Source of the DNA: an uncultured Methylomirabilota bacterium
GTDB lineage: Bacteria > Methylomirabilota > Methylomirabilia > Methylomirabilales > 2-02-FULL-66-22
Assembly: GCA_963845565.1 (NCBI GenBank)
Contig: CAWJSJ010000006.1
Coordinates: 1-64,000 of the forward strand
DNA length: 64,000 bases
Direction: 5' to 3'
The notes beneath the pieces were generated by a model. That model was given only the letters and a program-made list of their open reading frames with translations. It did no database searches and was not told the DNA's origin. This document shows positions 11,159 to 21,848 of the stretch, in pieces (the first letter of the stretch is position 1; every line of letters begins with the position of its first letter). The position numbers were made by a program, and so were the translations under genes.

Positions 11159-12340
11159 ATGCCGCAGACCAGCGAACGCACCGCTATCTTCACCGAATCC
11201 GTCATCCGCCGAATGACCCGGGTGGCCAATCAGTACGGCGCCATCAACCTGTCGCAGGGATTTCCGGACTTCGACCCGCCTGCCGCCCTAACGGCGGCGC
11301 TCGCGGACGGCGCCCGTACGGGCCCCCATCAGTACGCGGTCACCTGGGGGGCGCCCAATTTCCGGGCGGCGCTGGCCGCCAAGCAGTCTCGGCTCATGGG
11401 GCTGGCGTTGGACCCGGACCGCCATCTGGTCGTCACCTGCGGCAGCACCGAGGCGATGATGGTCGCGATGATGACCGCCTGCAACCCCGGCGACGCGGTC
11501 ATCGTCTTCTCGCCGTTTTACGAGAACTACGGCGCGGATGCCATCCTCTCGGGGGCCCGGCCACTGTACGTGCCGCTGCGGCCGCCCGATTTCGCGTTCG
11601 ATCCGATGGAGCTGCGGGCGGCCTTCCGGCAGCGACCGAAAGCGCTGATTCTCTGCAATCCGTCCAATCCCAGCGGGAAGGTCTTCACGCGGGACGAGTT
11701 GTCCGCCATCGCCGCGCTCGCTGAGGAGTTCGATACCTTCGTCATCACCGACGAGGTCTACGAGCACATCGTGTACGCCCCCAATCGGCATGTCTACTTC
11801 GCCGCGCTTCCCGGGATGTTCGAGCGCACCATCAGCGTGAGTTCGTTGTCCAAGACCTACTCCATCACCGGCTGGCGGCTGGGGTACGTGATCGGTGCCC
11901 CGTCGGTCATCGACAGCGCCCGCAAGGTGCACGATTTCCTGACGGTGGGCGCGGCAGCACCGCTCCAGGAGGCCGCCGTCACGGCGCTCCAGTTCGGCGA
12001 CGACTACTACGCCGAGCTGGTCGCGAGTTACACGCGAAAGCGAGACGTCTTCGTGAGTGCCCTGGACGAAGCGGAGCTACGCTACACCACGCCGCAAGGA
12101 GCCTACTACGTTCTGGTGGACGTGTCGGAGTTCACCGCCGGCGATGATATCGGCTTCTGCGAGTGGCTGGCGCGGGAGGGGGGTGTGGCGGCGGTGCCCG
12201 GGTCCAGTTTTTTCCACGAGCCGGTCCGCCATCTGATCCGGTTCCACTTCGCCAAACGCGAGGAGACGCTGGCGGAGGCCGGCGAGCGGCTGAAGCGACT
12301 CCGCGACCACTGGCAACGCCGCGGCTCCGCCGTGCGATGA
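11159..12340 (+). CDS. PLP-dependent aminotransferase class I/II
   Basis: AINLSQGFPD, CNPSNPSG, DEVYEHI, SLSKTYSITGWRLGY. Confidence 0.93.
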   Translation: MPQTSERTAIFTESVIRRMTRVANQYGAINLSQGFPDFDPPAALTAALADGARTGPHQYAVTWGAPNFRAALAAKQSRLMGLALDPDRHLVVTCGSTEAMMVAMMTACNPGDAVIVFSPFYENYGADAILSGARPLYVPLRPPDFAFDPMELRAAFRQRPKALILCNPSNPSGKVFTRDELSAIAALAEEFDTFVITDEVYEHIVYAPNRHVYFAALPGMFERTISVSSLSKTYSITGWRLGYVIGAPSVIDSARKVHDFLTVGAAAPLQEAAVTALQFGDDYYAELVASYTRKRDVFVSALDEAELRYTTPQGAYYVLVDVSEFTAGDDIGFCEWLAREGGVAAVPGSSFFHEPVRHLIRFHFAKREETLAEAGERLKRLRDHWQRRGSAVR

Positions 12341-12391
12341 CCCACCTGGCAATGCTGTGAAATCACGGCGATTATCCGACGGAACGGAACG

Positions 12392-13855
12392 ATGAGTGCT
12401 CGCGATCTCCTCCGAGATCCGATCTGGAGAGGGGAGGATCTCGGTCGGCCGATTCCCGATTCGCCCCACGCGGTGTCGGTCGCGTTGCCGCGGTGGCAGG
12501 ATGTGGTGGGATACGAAGAGGGTCGGCCGGAGGTGATCGCCCGACTGACCACGGGGTACCCCCGATTCGTCGTGCATCCCTTGGTGCGCGCACTTGCCAA
12601 CAGGCTGGGCGGGGAGAAACCCTGTTTGCCGTTTCCCTCGCAGCGAGCCGCCGAGCTGTGCGCGGACTTCATCCAGCGGTCCAGCGGAGAACCAGCGCAG
12701 GTCGTGTCCGACCATGGGATCTCCGGCGTGATAACGTCCGAGGCCGCGGGCCCTTTCTTGAAGGCTTTCTGGCAACATACCGGTCTGATCGTGTCCAGCC
12801 GTCAGGCGGAAGCGGCACTCGCCGGTCGCCGAATCGGACCGGACGAGGCTGCGGTCCGGACCTCCTTGCGCCGACAAATCGCCGGCCTGTACGACTGCGC
12901 TCCCGACGACGTGTTCCTGACCCCGTCCGGTATGGCGGCACAGTTCGCTGCCCTGCAAACTGTCAGACACCGGCGGCCCGGCCAGCCGACGACTCAACTG
13001 GGATTCCCGTACGTGGATACGCTCAAGCTTCAACAGAAGCTGGGAGACGGCGGGATCTTGCTCCATGACCTGGTTCGCCTCGAGAGCGACCTCGGGATGC
13101 TGCTGGAGCGCCAGTCGCTGGCGGCCTGCTTCTGTGAGATCCCGGGCAATCCCTTGCTGGGGTCCGCCGATGTCCGGAAGATTTCGCCGCTCTTGCGCGC
13201 ACACCAAGTGCCGCTGATCGTCGATGATGTCGTGGCGACGCCCTGCAATGTGAATCTCGGCTCCCATGCGGACCTGATCGCGACCAGCCTCACCAAGTAC
13301 GTCGTCGGCACCGGCGACGCCATGGGCGGCGCGCTGATCGTGAACCCGCGGTCACCCCTGTACCAGGAACTCAAACCTCTGGCCCGGGCGCAGCACGAGG
13401 AGCTGCTCTGGGGCGAGGATGCGGCGATTCTGGACGCCCATGCCCACACGTTTCCGGAGCGGATGCGCCGACACAATCACAATGGTCTCGTGATTGCGGA
13501 GCGTTTGCGCAGTCACCCAAAAGTGGAGCGCGTCTGGTATCCCAAATGGGAGTGCTGCGAGGCCTACGAGGCGGTTCGCCGGCCGGATGGCGGTTATGGC
13601 TCGTTGGTGACGTTTCTCCCCACCCAGGCGGAGAAGCGAGCTGCCATCGTGTACGATAATTTTTCCGTCTGTAAGGGGCCGAGCCTGGGGACGGTGTTCA
13701 CGCTGGCCTGTCCGTTCACGCTCCTGGCGCATTACAACGAGCTGGACTGGGCGGAATCGTGCGGCGTCTCACGGCACCTGATCCGGATTTCGGTCGGGCT
13801 GGAGGACCCCGAGGACTTGTGGCGGCGGCTGGATGCGGCCCTGAACGCCCCGTGA
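12392..13855 (+). CDS. Cystathionine gamma-synthase-like PLP enzyme (Str2-like)
   Basis: HAVSVALPRW..GYEEG..GYPRF N-terminus, SLTKY PLP lysine, KGPSLGTVFTLACPF, IRISVGLED. Confidence 0.85.
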   Translation: MSARDLLRDPIWRGEDLGRPIPDSPHAVSVALPRWQDVVGYEEGRPEVIARLTTGYPRFVVHPLVRALANRLGGEKPCLPFPSQRAAELCADFIQRSSGEPAQVVSDHGISGVITSEAAGPFLKAFWQHTGLIVSSRQAEAALAGRRIGPDEAAVRTSLRRQIAGLYDCAPDDVFLTPSGMAAQFAALQTVRHRRPGQPTTQLGFPYVDTLKLQQKLGDGGILLHDLVRLESDLGMLLERQSLAACFCEIPGNPLLGSADVRKISPLLRAHQVPLIVDDVVATPCNVNLGSHADLIATSLTKYVVGTGDAMGGALIVNPRSPLYQELKPLARAQHEELLWGEDAAILDAHAHTFPERMRRHNHNGLVIAERLRSHPKVERVWYPKWECCEAYEAVRRPDGGYGSLVTFLPTQAEKRAAIVYDNFSVCKGPSLGTVFTLACPFTLLAHYNELDWAESCGVSRHLIRISVGLEDPEDLWRRLDAALNAP

Positions 13856-14474
13856 AGGGGCATCCGGAACAGCGAACAAGGGGCTGAAAATGCATGAACG
13901 ATTCAATGACCAATGGTGGGTTGTGGGCGCGGATCAGCGTGCTTGCGTGGACCTTTCCGATTGACAGGCGCCGGCTTAATCCTCTAGAAGTGAATACACG
14001 GCCGCCGCGCGGTCCCTCAAGTGGTGCCGCGCCGGCTTCCGAGACGGAAAGCTGTGGAGAGAAGCGTAGCGACGACCGAGAGAAATGTCTGCTCCTTGAG
14101 CCAGAGGGTGGAGGCCGGCATGTGGTGCATCTGTAGCCGGCGCCAGGAAGTGGCGCCTTTCCGCACAGCGGGACACAACACAACGACACGCGTCCCGTGG
14201 GAGACGTGAGTCGCCGGCGAGTGCTCAGACTGCGCCCCTTCCGGATCTCCGACTAAGATCCGCCCGGATCCTCAAAGCATTCCCGGCCTTTCGCTCCCAA
14301 CTACCATCGTGTCATGCGTTCGGACCCGTGACATACGTGGCCCCTGAACCGGGACCCGCGGCTCCTCGCGAGCGGCGGCGTTTCGCGAGGACGGCCACAC
14401 ACCCAAGACCTTGGCCCTTTTTCGCGCTCGACGGGGCGGCCACACACCCCCGGTCGAGCCTTGGAGGTTTTTCG

Positions 14475-15407
14475 ATGCGCATCGCCAACGACGTGACCCA
14501 GTTGATCGGCAACACCCCCCTGGTGCGGCTCCAGCGTCTGACGGAGGGCGCTCGGGCGGATGTGGTCGCCAAGCTGGAGTTCTACAACCCCGCCCATAGC
14601 GTCAAGGATCGGATCGGCGTCTCGATGATCGAGGCCGCCGAGAAGGCGGGGAAGATCAAGCCGGACACCATCATCCTGGAGCCGACCAGCGGGAATACCG
14701 GCATCGCCTTGGCCTTTGTCTGCGCGGCCAAGGGCTATAAGCTGGTGCTCACCATGCCGGAGACCATGAGCAAGGAGCGGCGCGTCCTCCTCAAGGCGTA
14801 CGGGGCGCAGCTCATCCTCACCCCGGGGAGTGAGGGGATGCCCGGCGCGATCAAGCGGGCCGAGGAGCTGGCGAAGGGCGACCCGCGATACTTCATTCCC
14901 CAGCAGTTCCAGAACCCGGCGAACCCCGAGATCCACCGGAAGACGACCGCCGAGGAGATCTGGCGGGACACCGACGGGAAGGCCGACATCCTTGTTTCCG
15001 GGATCGGCACCGGCGGCACCATCACTGGGGTCGGCGAGGTGCTCAAGGCGCGGAAGCCCTTGTTCAAGGTTATCGCGGTCGAGCCGGACGCCTCCCCGGT
15101 CCTCTCGGGCGGCCCCAAGGGACCCCATCCCATCCAGGGGATCGGGGCGGGCTTTGTGCCGGAGATTCTCAACACCAAGATCTATGACGAGGTCATCCGG
15201 GTCAAGAACGACGACGCCTTCGCCACGGCCCGGCGGGCGGCCCGCGAGGAGGGGTTGTTGGTCGGTATTTCCTCCGGGGCGGCCATCTGGGCTGCCGTGG
15301 AAGTGGCCCGGCGGAAGGAGCACGCCGGCAAGTTGATCGTGGTGATTGTCCCCTCGTTCGGGGAGCGCTACCTGAGCACGGCGCTCTTCGCGGATTTGGC
15401 GGACTAG
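14475..15407 (+). CDS. cysK: Cysteine synthase A
   Basis: [45 protein letters not shown]. Confidence 0.97.
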   Translation: MRIANDVTQLIGNTPLVRLQRLTEGARADVVAKLEFYNPAHSVKDRIGVSMIEAAEKAGKIKPDTIILEPTSGNTGIALAFVCAAKGYKLVLTMPETMSKERRVLLKAYGAQLILTPGSEGMPGAIKRAEELAKGDPRYFIPQQFQNPANPEIHRKTTAEEIWRDTDGKADILVSGIGTGGTITGVGEVLKARKPLFKVIAVEPDASPVLSGGPKGPHPIQGIGAGFVPEILNTKIYDEVIRVKNDDAFATARRAAREEGLLVGISSGAAIWAAVEVARRKEHAGKLIVVIVPSFGERYLSTALFADLAD

Positions 15408-15408
15408 C

Positions 15409-15551
15409 GGCTGCTAAAAAGGCCCATCGCTGCGAGCGGATGGGTCCGCGGCTCGCGCGGCGCTGCGGCGTACGCGCTAAGTACGCCTCGCGTCTGCACC
15501 CATCCTGCGGTGGGCCGGCGCTCCGCCTGCGGCGGACCTTTTGAGCAGCCT
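15409..15551. mobile_element. MITE/REP-like element family A, copy 3
   Basis: GGCTGCTAAAAAGG...CCTTTTGAGCAGCC ends and GGCGTAC..GTACGCC hairpin, immediately after the cysK stop. Confidence 0.8.
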
Positions 15552-15637
15552 GAGCGAAGACGAGTGTTTCAGCATTGGGAGCACACCGGGACCGCCGGTC
15601 GGTCACCGCAGGGCCGGCGGCGTCCGGGGAGACGCAA

Positions 15638-16345
15638 ATGTTTCGCACGATCCGAAGCGACATTCACTCCATCTTCGGGCGCGATCCCGCCGCCCGAAGC
15701 GTGCTCGAGATTCTGGTATGCTACCCCGGGCTCCACGCGCTCTGGGGTTACCGGATCTCCCACTGGCTGTGGGGACACGGGCTGAAGCTGCCGGGCCGCT
15801 GGGTCTCCCATCTCTTCCGCGCCCTCACCGGGATCGAGATCCACCCCGGCGCCACCATCGGGTCTGGGTTCTTCATCGACCACGGGATGGGCGTGGTGAT
15901 CGGGGAGACGGCCGAGATCGGGGCGGACGTCACGCTCTACCACGGAGTCACACTGGGAGGCACCAGTCTGGCCAAAGGGAAGCGCCATCCCACCCTGGAG
16001 GATCGCGTCGTCGTGGGGGCGGGCGCCAAGATCCTGGGTGCGATCACCATCGGTGCAGACAGCCGTATCGGGGCCAACGCCGTCGTCGTGAAGTCCGTCC
16101 CGTCGAACTCGGTGGTGGTGGGCGTCCCCGGGCAGATTGTCCAACGCAGCAAGCCGCATACCGCGCAGGATGCTCCCGATCTCAACCACGCTCAACTCCC
16201 CGATATGATCGCGGCGAAGCTGGGTGCGCTCACCGCGCGAGTGGAGGCACTCGAAGCGCAGACATCGGGGCCGGGTAGGTCGGCGGCGAACGCCGAGCGG
16301 GAACGCGAGATGGCCGCGTTCCCGTCGCCCGACTTCACCATTTAG
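15638..16345 (+). CDS. cysE: Serine O-acetyltransferase
   Basis: [33 protein letters not shown]. Confidence 0.96.
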   Translation: MFRTIRSDIHSIFGRDPAARSVLEILVCYPGLHALWGYRISHWLWGHGLKLPGRWVSHLFRALTGIEIHPGATIGSGFFIDHGMGVVIGETAEIGADVTLYHGVTLGGTSLAKGKRHPTLEDRVVVGAGAKILGAITIGADSRIGANAVVVKSVPSNSVVVGVPGQIVQRSKPHTAQDAPDLNHAQLPDMIAAKLGALTARVEALEAQTSGPGRSAANAEREREMAAFPSPDFTI

Positions 16346-16478
16346 GCAGCCCCGGCTGCTGCCACCTGCCCGGTGCGGGTTCGGAACGGCGCAAAGCGGA
16401 TGGCGCACGATGCGGCGGGGATGCGCGTATTGTCGATGCGCGCTTGCTCGGTTATCCTAAGCGGAAAGGTGCGCCCCG

Positions 16479-17657
16479 GTGAAAGTGTATCTGGACCACA
16501 ACGCGACCACACCGCTCCATCCCGACGTCCTCGCGGCCATGCTGCCGTTCCTCGGCGAGCGGTTCGGAAACCCCAGCTCGGGGCACGCCTGGGGGCGCGA
16601 GGCGCGCCAGGCCCTGGAGGCGTCGCGACAGGAGGTGGCCGGGGCCTTGGGCGTCGCCGACAAAGACTGCGTCGTCTTCACCGGGGGTGGGACCGAGGCC
16701 AACAATCTCGCCCTGACGGGGGTCGTCGCTGCCCGAGCCGATCGCCCGTGCCATCTCATCGTCTCTGCGGTCGAGCATCCCGCCGTCCTTCACACCGCCG
16801 ATCACCTGGAAAATCAGGGGTGTGCGGTCACGCGGTTGTCGGTGGACCGCGAGGGAGTGCTGGACCCGGACGACGTGCGACGAGCGATCCGGCCCGACAC
16901 GGTCCTGGTCAGTCTCATGCATGCCAATAACGAGACGGGAGTGTTCTTCCCGATCGCCGAGGTTGCCAGGGTGTGCCGCGAGCGGGGCGTCCTGCTCCAC
17001 ACGGATGCGATTCAGAGTTTCGGCAAGATTCCCGTGGACATCGAGGCGCTTGGCGTGGACCTCCTTTCCATCTCGGGACACAAGCTCCACGGCCCCAAAG
17101 GGATCGGCGCGCTCTATGTCCGACGCGGGACCAAGATGGTTCCCTTGATCCTCGGCGGCGGGCAAGAGCGTTCGCGCCGCGGTGGAACGGAGAATGTGGC
17201 GGGTGCGGTCGGCCTGGCCCGTGCCGCGACCCTCCTGGGTGCGGATCTGGCGGAAGCGAGTCGCCGCATCGCAGAGCTCCGAGACCGGCTGGAAACGGTG
17301 TTAATGTCTGCCGGCGGCGCGGGGCTTCGGAACGGCCATCGCGGGCGACGGCTGCCGCATACCAGTAATCTGGCGTTTCCCGGGGTCGAAGCGGAGTCGC
17401 TGGTTATCGCCCTCGACCTCCAGGGGGTCGCTGTCTCGTCCGGTGCCGCGTGCAGTTCAGGGGCGGTGGAACCCTCCCACGTGCTTCTGGCGATGGGGGT
17501 CTCGCCGGATCATGCGCAGTCCTCTGTGAGATTCTCCCTCGGACGGTGGACCACTTCCGGGGAGGTCGAATACGTCGGGGACACCGTTCTCTCGATCGTG
17601 GGGCGGATGCGGGGCGCGAGCCGCAGGCAGCCAGAGCACGCCAGGAGCGTCGCGTGA
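16479..17657 (+). CDS. iscS: Cysteine desulfurase (IscS/NifS type)
   Basis: [27 protein letters not shown]. Confidence 0.93.
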   Translation: MKVYLDHNATTPLHPDVLAAMLPFLGERFGNPSSGHAWGREARQALEASRQEVAGALGVADKDCVVFTGGGTEANNLALTGVVAARADRPCHLIVSAVEHPAVLHTADHLENQGCAVTRLSVDREGVLDPDDVRRAIRPDTVLVSLMHANNETGVFFPIAEVARVCRERGVLLHTDAIQSFGKIPVDIEALGVDLLSISGHKLHGPKGIGALYVRRGTKMVPLILGGGQERSRRGGTENVAGAVGLARAATLLGADLAEASRRIAELRDRLETVLMSAGGAGLRNGHRGRRLPHTSNLAFPGVEAESLVIALDLQGVAVSSGAACSSGAVEPSHVLLAMGVSPDHAQSSVRFSLGRWTTSGEVEYVGDTVLSIVGRMRGASRRQPEHARSVA

Positions 17658-18766
17658 ACAGCGCCGACACGGTCGCCGTCGCGATGAGCGGGGGGGTGGA
17701 CTCGTCGGTCGCGGCCGCCCTGTTGGTGCGTGAGGGGTTGCAGGTGATCGGCGTGACCCTGCGTATCTGGCCCGATCAGCGGCCGTCCGATCCCAGCGAT
17801 CGGTTCGATAGCTGCTGCTCGCCGGCCGCGGCGAGCGACGCGCGGGCGGTTGCCGACCGTCTCGGCATTCCCCACTATGTTCTGAACTACGAGGCGGAAT
17901 TCGACCGAGAGGTGATCGAGCCCTTCGTGGACTCGTACCTCAATGGCCGGACGCCCAACCCCTGTGTGGCCTGCAACGCGCGCCTGAAATTCGGTTCCCT
18001 GCGGCGACGCGCCGAAGGGTGGGGCGCCACGCACTTGGCCACCGGCCATTATGCGCGGGTGGATCGCGAACCAGTCAGCGGACGCTATCGCCTTCGGCGC
18101 GGCGTCGACCTGCGCAAAGACCAGAGCTACTTCCTGTATGCGCTGACGCAGCAGCAATTGTCCGGCGTCCTGTTTCCGGTCGGGCATCTGACGAAGGAAG
18201 CGACCCGCCGGATTGCTCGGGAGTGCGGGCTGCCGGTGGCGGAAAAGCAGGAGAGCCAGGAGATCTGCTTCGTATCCGGGGACTACCGCGGCTACCTGCG
18301 GCAACGGGCGGGGGACGTCATCCGACCCGGGATCATTCGGGATACGGGCGGCGGGGTGCGGGGCCGACATCCGGGTGTGGCATATTTCACGGTCGGCCAG
18401 CGGCACGGGCTGGGACTCCACAACCCCTCCCCGCTCTATGTGGTGGGACTGGATGCCGCCCACGACGAGGTCATCGTGGGAGGCGGAGATGACCTCCTGC
18501 GGGACGAGGTATCCCTGGAGCAGGTCAATCTGATTGCGCTGGATGTGCTGGATGCGCCCCGACGGGTTTTGGTGAAGATCCGATACGCCCACGTCGCGGT
18601 GGCGGCGACGCTGCACCCCATCGCCCGCGGCCGCATGCGCGTTCGATTCGACGAAGCGCAGCGGGCGGTGGCCCCGGGGCAAGCCGCGGTGTTTTACGAC
18701 CCGGATGACTCCGAGATCGTCCTGGGGGGCGGGACGATCCTGGGACCGGACCCGCCGGCCGCGTGA
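17654..18766 (+). CDS. mnmA: tRNA 2-thiouridine synthase
   Basis: [41 protein letters not shown] overlap with iscS. Confidence 0.96.
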   Translation: MNSADTVAVAMSGGVDSSVAAALLVREGLQVIGVTLRIWPDQRPSDPSDRFDSCCSPAAASDARAVADRLGIPHYVLNYEAEFDREVIEPFVDSYLNGRTPNPCVACNARLKFGSLRRRAEGWGATHLATGHYARVDREPVSGRYRLRRGVDLRKDQSYFLYALTQQQLSGVLFPVGHLTKEATRRIARECGLPVAEKQESQEICFVSGDYRGYLRQRAGDVIRPGIIRDTGGGVRGRHPGVAYFTVGQRHGLGLHNPSPLYVVGLDAAHDEVIVGGGDDLLRDEVSLEQVNLIALDVLDAPRRVLVKIRYAHVAVAATLHPIARGRMRVRFDEAQRAVAPGQAAVFYDPDDSEIVLGGGTILGPDPPAA

Positions 18767-18806
18767 TCGCGTGCCGGACAATTCCACCCCGCACAGGAGG
18801 ACCGAC

Positions 18807-20204
18807 ATGGCGGATCCCTTTCCGGTTCGCGGCTTCATCCGACTCGCCTATGACGACTCCCGCGACCTCGTCTTCGGCCACGCCCCCAAGCCGGTTCGTG
18901 CCGGGTTCGACCTGACCATCGGAGGCGGCCAGGTCTATCCCGAGGTGAATTTCACCCTGCCGCCCATGTCGATCACCGATGCCACTTGGGCCGAGGTGCG
19001 CGGGCATTACGAGGAGATCGGTGAAGGGGTCGTGAAGCGTGCGCTGGCACTCCAGGTGCCGGGGATCGTCCTCGAGTTCGAGCTCCTGCCGCCCATGACG
19101 GATCGGCCGGAGTGGGGCGCCGAGATCACGGCCATCCTCCATCGCCACCTGGCGCGGGCGTACGCCGATCACGGCCTCCGGTCGGCGCTGCGCGCGACCA
19201 TCACCGACCTCCGGGATGAGGTCCGGCCGCCGCTGCTCCGGACCGGGGACGCCTGGGACAAGGTGAAACGCTCCTTCGAGCTCTGCGCCGACGCGGGAGC
19301 GCACATCCTCTCCATCGAGTCCGTTGGGGGGAAGGAGGTGCACGACGAGGCGCTGCTGTACGGAGACGTGCGAGGATTGGCGTTCGCGCTCGGTGTGCTC
19401 TCCTGCCGAGACATGGCCTGGTTGTGGGATCAGATCGTGGGGGTGTGTCGGGCACGGCACGGGGTGATCCCCGGCGGGGACACGGCCTGCGGCTTTGCGA
19501 ACACCGCCATGCAGCTTGCGCATCAGGGTATGCTTCCCGAGGTGCTGGCGGCCGTGGATCGAGCCATGACCGCACCGCGCAGCCTGGTGGCGTTCGCGCG
19601 GGGAGCCATCGGTCCGTCCAAGGATTGTGCGTACGAGGGGCCCGTCCTGAAAGCGATCACCGGCGCACCGATCGCCATGGAGGGGAAGTCGGCCAGCTGC
19701 GCGCACTTCAGCCCACTCGGCAATATCGCTGCCGCCATGTGCGACCTGTGGAGCAACGAGTCTGTCCAAAACGTCCGCCTGCTGTCGGGGAACGCGCCGG
19801 AGGCCTACGCCGAGCTCCTGGCATACGACTGCCGCCTGATGAACCAGGCGACAGCCCGAGGCGGCGCCTTGACGTTGCGCGACTGGCTCAGCGACTCCGA
19901 CCGGTGGCTGAGCGCGCAGGCCGCCATCCTCTCTCCCGAGGCGACCTGGGAGATCGCCCAAGCGATCGTCAACGAGACGAACGACTATCGGCGCACCGTG
20001 GCTGCAGGGATGGCCGCCGTCCGACTCCTGAAGGAAGGGACACGTTCGGGTCGGCTCGCGTTGGCCGAGGCGGAGCGGCAGTGGCTGGATCGGGCGGAAG
20101 CCGCCCTGGCCGAGCTTCCGGCCGAGGAGCACGCGCTCCTGGGCGAGATGCAGGACATATACGGGCACCTGTTCTCCCCGGCGAGTTACGGCCTGAAATC
20201 ATGA
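18807..20204 (+). CDS. mtaB: Methanol:corrinoid methyltransferase MtaB
   Basis: G.APKPV..G..IGGG.V.PEVNF, SIESVGGKEVHD, GDTACGFANTAM, GPSKDCAYEG, MEGKSASCAH, DLWSNESV; AGGAGG RBS. Confidence 0.9.
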   Translation: MADPFPVRGFIRLAYDDSRDLVFGHAPKPVRAGFDLTIGGGQVYPEVNFTLPPMSITDATWAEVRGHYEEIGEGVVKRALALQVPGIVLEFELLPPMTDRPEWGAEITAILHRHLARAYADHGLRSALRATITDLRDEVRPPLLRTGDAWDKVKRSFELCADAGAHILSIESVGGKEVHDEALLYGDVRGLAFALGVLSCRDMAWLWDQIVGVCRARHGVIPGGDTACGFANTAMQLAHQGMLPEVLAAVDRAMTAPRSLVAFARGAIGPSKDCAYEGPVLKAITGAPIAMEGKSASCAHFSPLGNIAAAMCDLWSNESVQNVRLLSGNAPEAYAELLAYDCRLMNQATARGGALTLRDWLSDSDRWLSAQAAILSPEATWEIAQAIVNETNDYRRTVAAGMAAVRLLKEGTRSGRLALAEAERQWLDRAEAALAELPAEEHALLGEMQDIYGHLFSPASYGLKS

Positions 20205-20345
20205 TGAGCAACCATTCCCGCCTGCAGCGGGAGGACACATGGTGGTGAGCGGACCGGGTACCGATCCGCCAGGATGGGTGCGGTGTCATCGTGCACCGGC
20301 GACGCCTGATCCGTTCCGGACCGCCGCCCGCACGGGTTCTTATTA

Positions 20346-20388
20346 AGCCCGCATTGTTCGCGGGCTTCGTTCGCGAATAATGCGGGCT
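20346..20388. repeat. Palindromic REP-like element family B, copy 1
   Basis: AGCCCGCATTGTTCGCGG / TCGCGAATAATGCGGGCT stem, homologous to 35556-35596. Confidence 0.75.
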
Positions 20389-20502
20389 AGCCTCGACGCG
20401 GCGCGACCCCGGGAGAATTTCCTCCCGGCCGTCACCCGGCATGGCGGACCGGGGCGCGTTGCGCTACAATGCATCCATGACCGACCTGCCTCTCTCCTTG
20501 CC

Positions 20503-21762
20503 ATGAATCTCGCCCGCCTCGCCCGCGCCCGCCCTCCGGTCGGCGGGCGAACACTCCGGGCCTTCTACACCCGCGGCTTCTGGCGCGTCTGGGCCGGTAG
20601 CATGTTCTGGTATTCTGCCCGCTGGATGGATCTGTTCGTCCTGCAGTGGCAGGTCCTGGTCATGACCGACTCCGCCTTCCAGGTGAGTCTGGTCGGCTTC
20701 TACCGGATGGCGCCCATGTTCGTCTTTGGGCTCCTCACCGGCGTGATGGCCGATCGGTTCGACCGGAGGAAGGTCCTGCTCGCCGCCCAACTCTGGAATG
20801 CCGGCGCCTCGGCCGGCATCGGCCTCCTCCTCCTCACCGGCCAATTGGCGCTCTGGCACCTGGCCGTCCTGGTGACGGCGCTGGGTTTCTCCTGGGCGCT
20901 GGACCTGCCGTCGCGACGGTCGTACATCTACGACATGATCGGCCCGCGCCGGGTGGTGAACGCCATGGCGCTGGACCACGTGGGCATGGACGGGGCCAAA
21001 ATGCTGGGACCCATCCTGGGCGGTCTGCTCTGGCCGGCGATCGGCGCAGGAGGATGCCTGCTGGTGCTGGCCGTCGGGTATCTGGTGAATTTCTGCCTGT
21101 ATCTCGGCCTCCCGCCGGCACCACCGCTCCGCGCGGCCGGCACCGGCCCCGTGCTGCGGAACCTGGGCGAGGGGCTGATCTACGTGTGGCGGAGCCCGGT
21201 GGTCCGTGGGGTCGTGGTCGTCACGCTGGTCATGAATTTGCTGGGGTTCCCCTACCAGAACATGGTGCCGGTCATCGCCAAACGCGTGCTGGGGCTGGGA
21301 CCGCAACTCACGGGTCTCCTGCTGGCGGCCGACGGCCTCGGCGCATTCAGCGCTTCGCTGGTCGTCGCCTCGCGGCGGAACGTCAGGCGCAAGGGGCGCC
21401 TGTTTGCGACCGGTGCCGTCGTGCTGATGGCGGCAATAATGCTGTTCTCCTTTTCCGGGTGGTACCTGCTTTCCTTTGCGCTGCTGTTTTTGGCGGGGGT
21501 CGGGATAGCGTGCTTTGCTACCATGCAGAGCAGTCTGGTGCTGACCAGTGCGTCCGATGCGATGCGCGGGCGGGCGATGGGTGTGCTGATGCTGGCCATC
21601 GGGTTCGGGCCGCTCGGCGCGCTCCAGATCGGGGTCCTGGCCTCGGCCGTGGGTGCGAGCCTGGCGGTGGCCGTGTCCGCCGGGGCCGGCGTCCTGGTCC
21701 TGGCGCTGGTCCTCTGGAAGGCCACGGCGCTCCGGCGCGTCGGCGCCGGCATCCGGTCGTGA
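20503..21762 (+). CDS. MFS transporter
   Basis: About 12 hydrophobic segments, GVMADRFDRRK, MRGRAMG. Confidence 0.9.
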   Translation: MNLARLARARPPVGGRTLRAFYTRGFWRVWAGSMFWYSARWMDLFVLQWQVLVMTDSAFQVSLVGFYRMAPMFVFGLLTGVMADRFDRRKVLLAAQLWNAGASAGIGLLLLTGQLALWHLAVLVTALGFSWALDLPSRRSYIYDMIGPRRVVNAMALDHVGMDGAKMLGPILGGLLWPAIGAGGCLLVLAVGYLVNFCLYLGLPPAPPLRAAGTGPVLRNLGEGLIYVWRSPVVRGVVVVTLVMNLLGFPYQNMVPVIAKRVLGLGPQLTGLLLAADGLGAFSASLVVASRRNVRRKGRLFATGAVVLMAAIMLFSFSGWYLLSFALLFLAGVGIACFATMQSSLVLTSASDAMRGRAMGVLMLAIGFGPLGALQIGVLASAVGASLAVAVSAGAGVLVLALVLWKATALRRVGAGIRS

Positions 21763-21848
21763 ACCGAGTTGCCAAGCCCCCGAAACGCCCGGTCGCCCGC
21801 TTTCCGAATAGGCGGATCGCTGCATCTGTTGATTGACGGGTAAACATC

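Noticed and set aside
14014..14135. 6S RNA or T-box call
   Set aside because: CCTTGAGCCAGAGGGT and GTGGTGCCGCG give superficial resemblance, but the hairpin is too short for 6S and T-box elements are missing or in the wrong order
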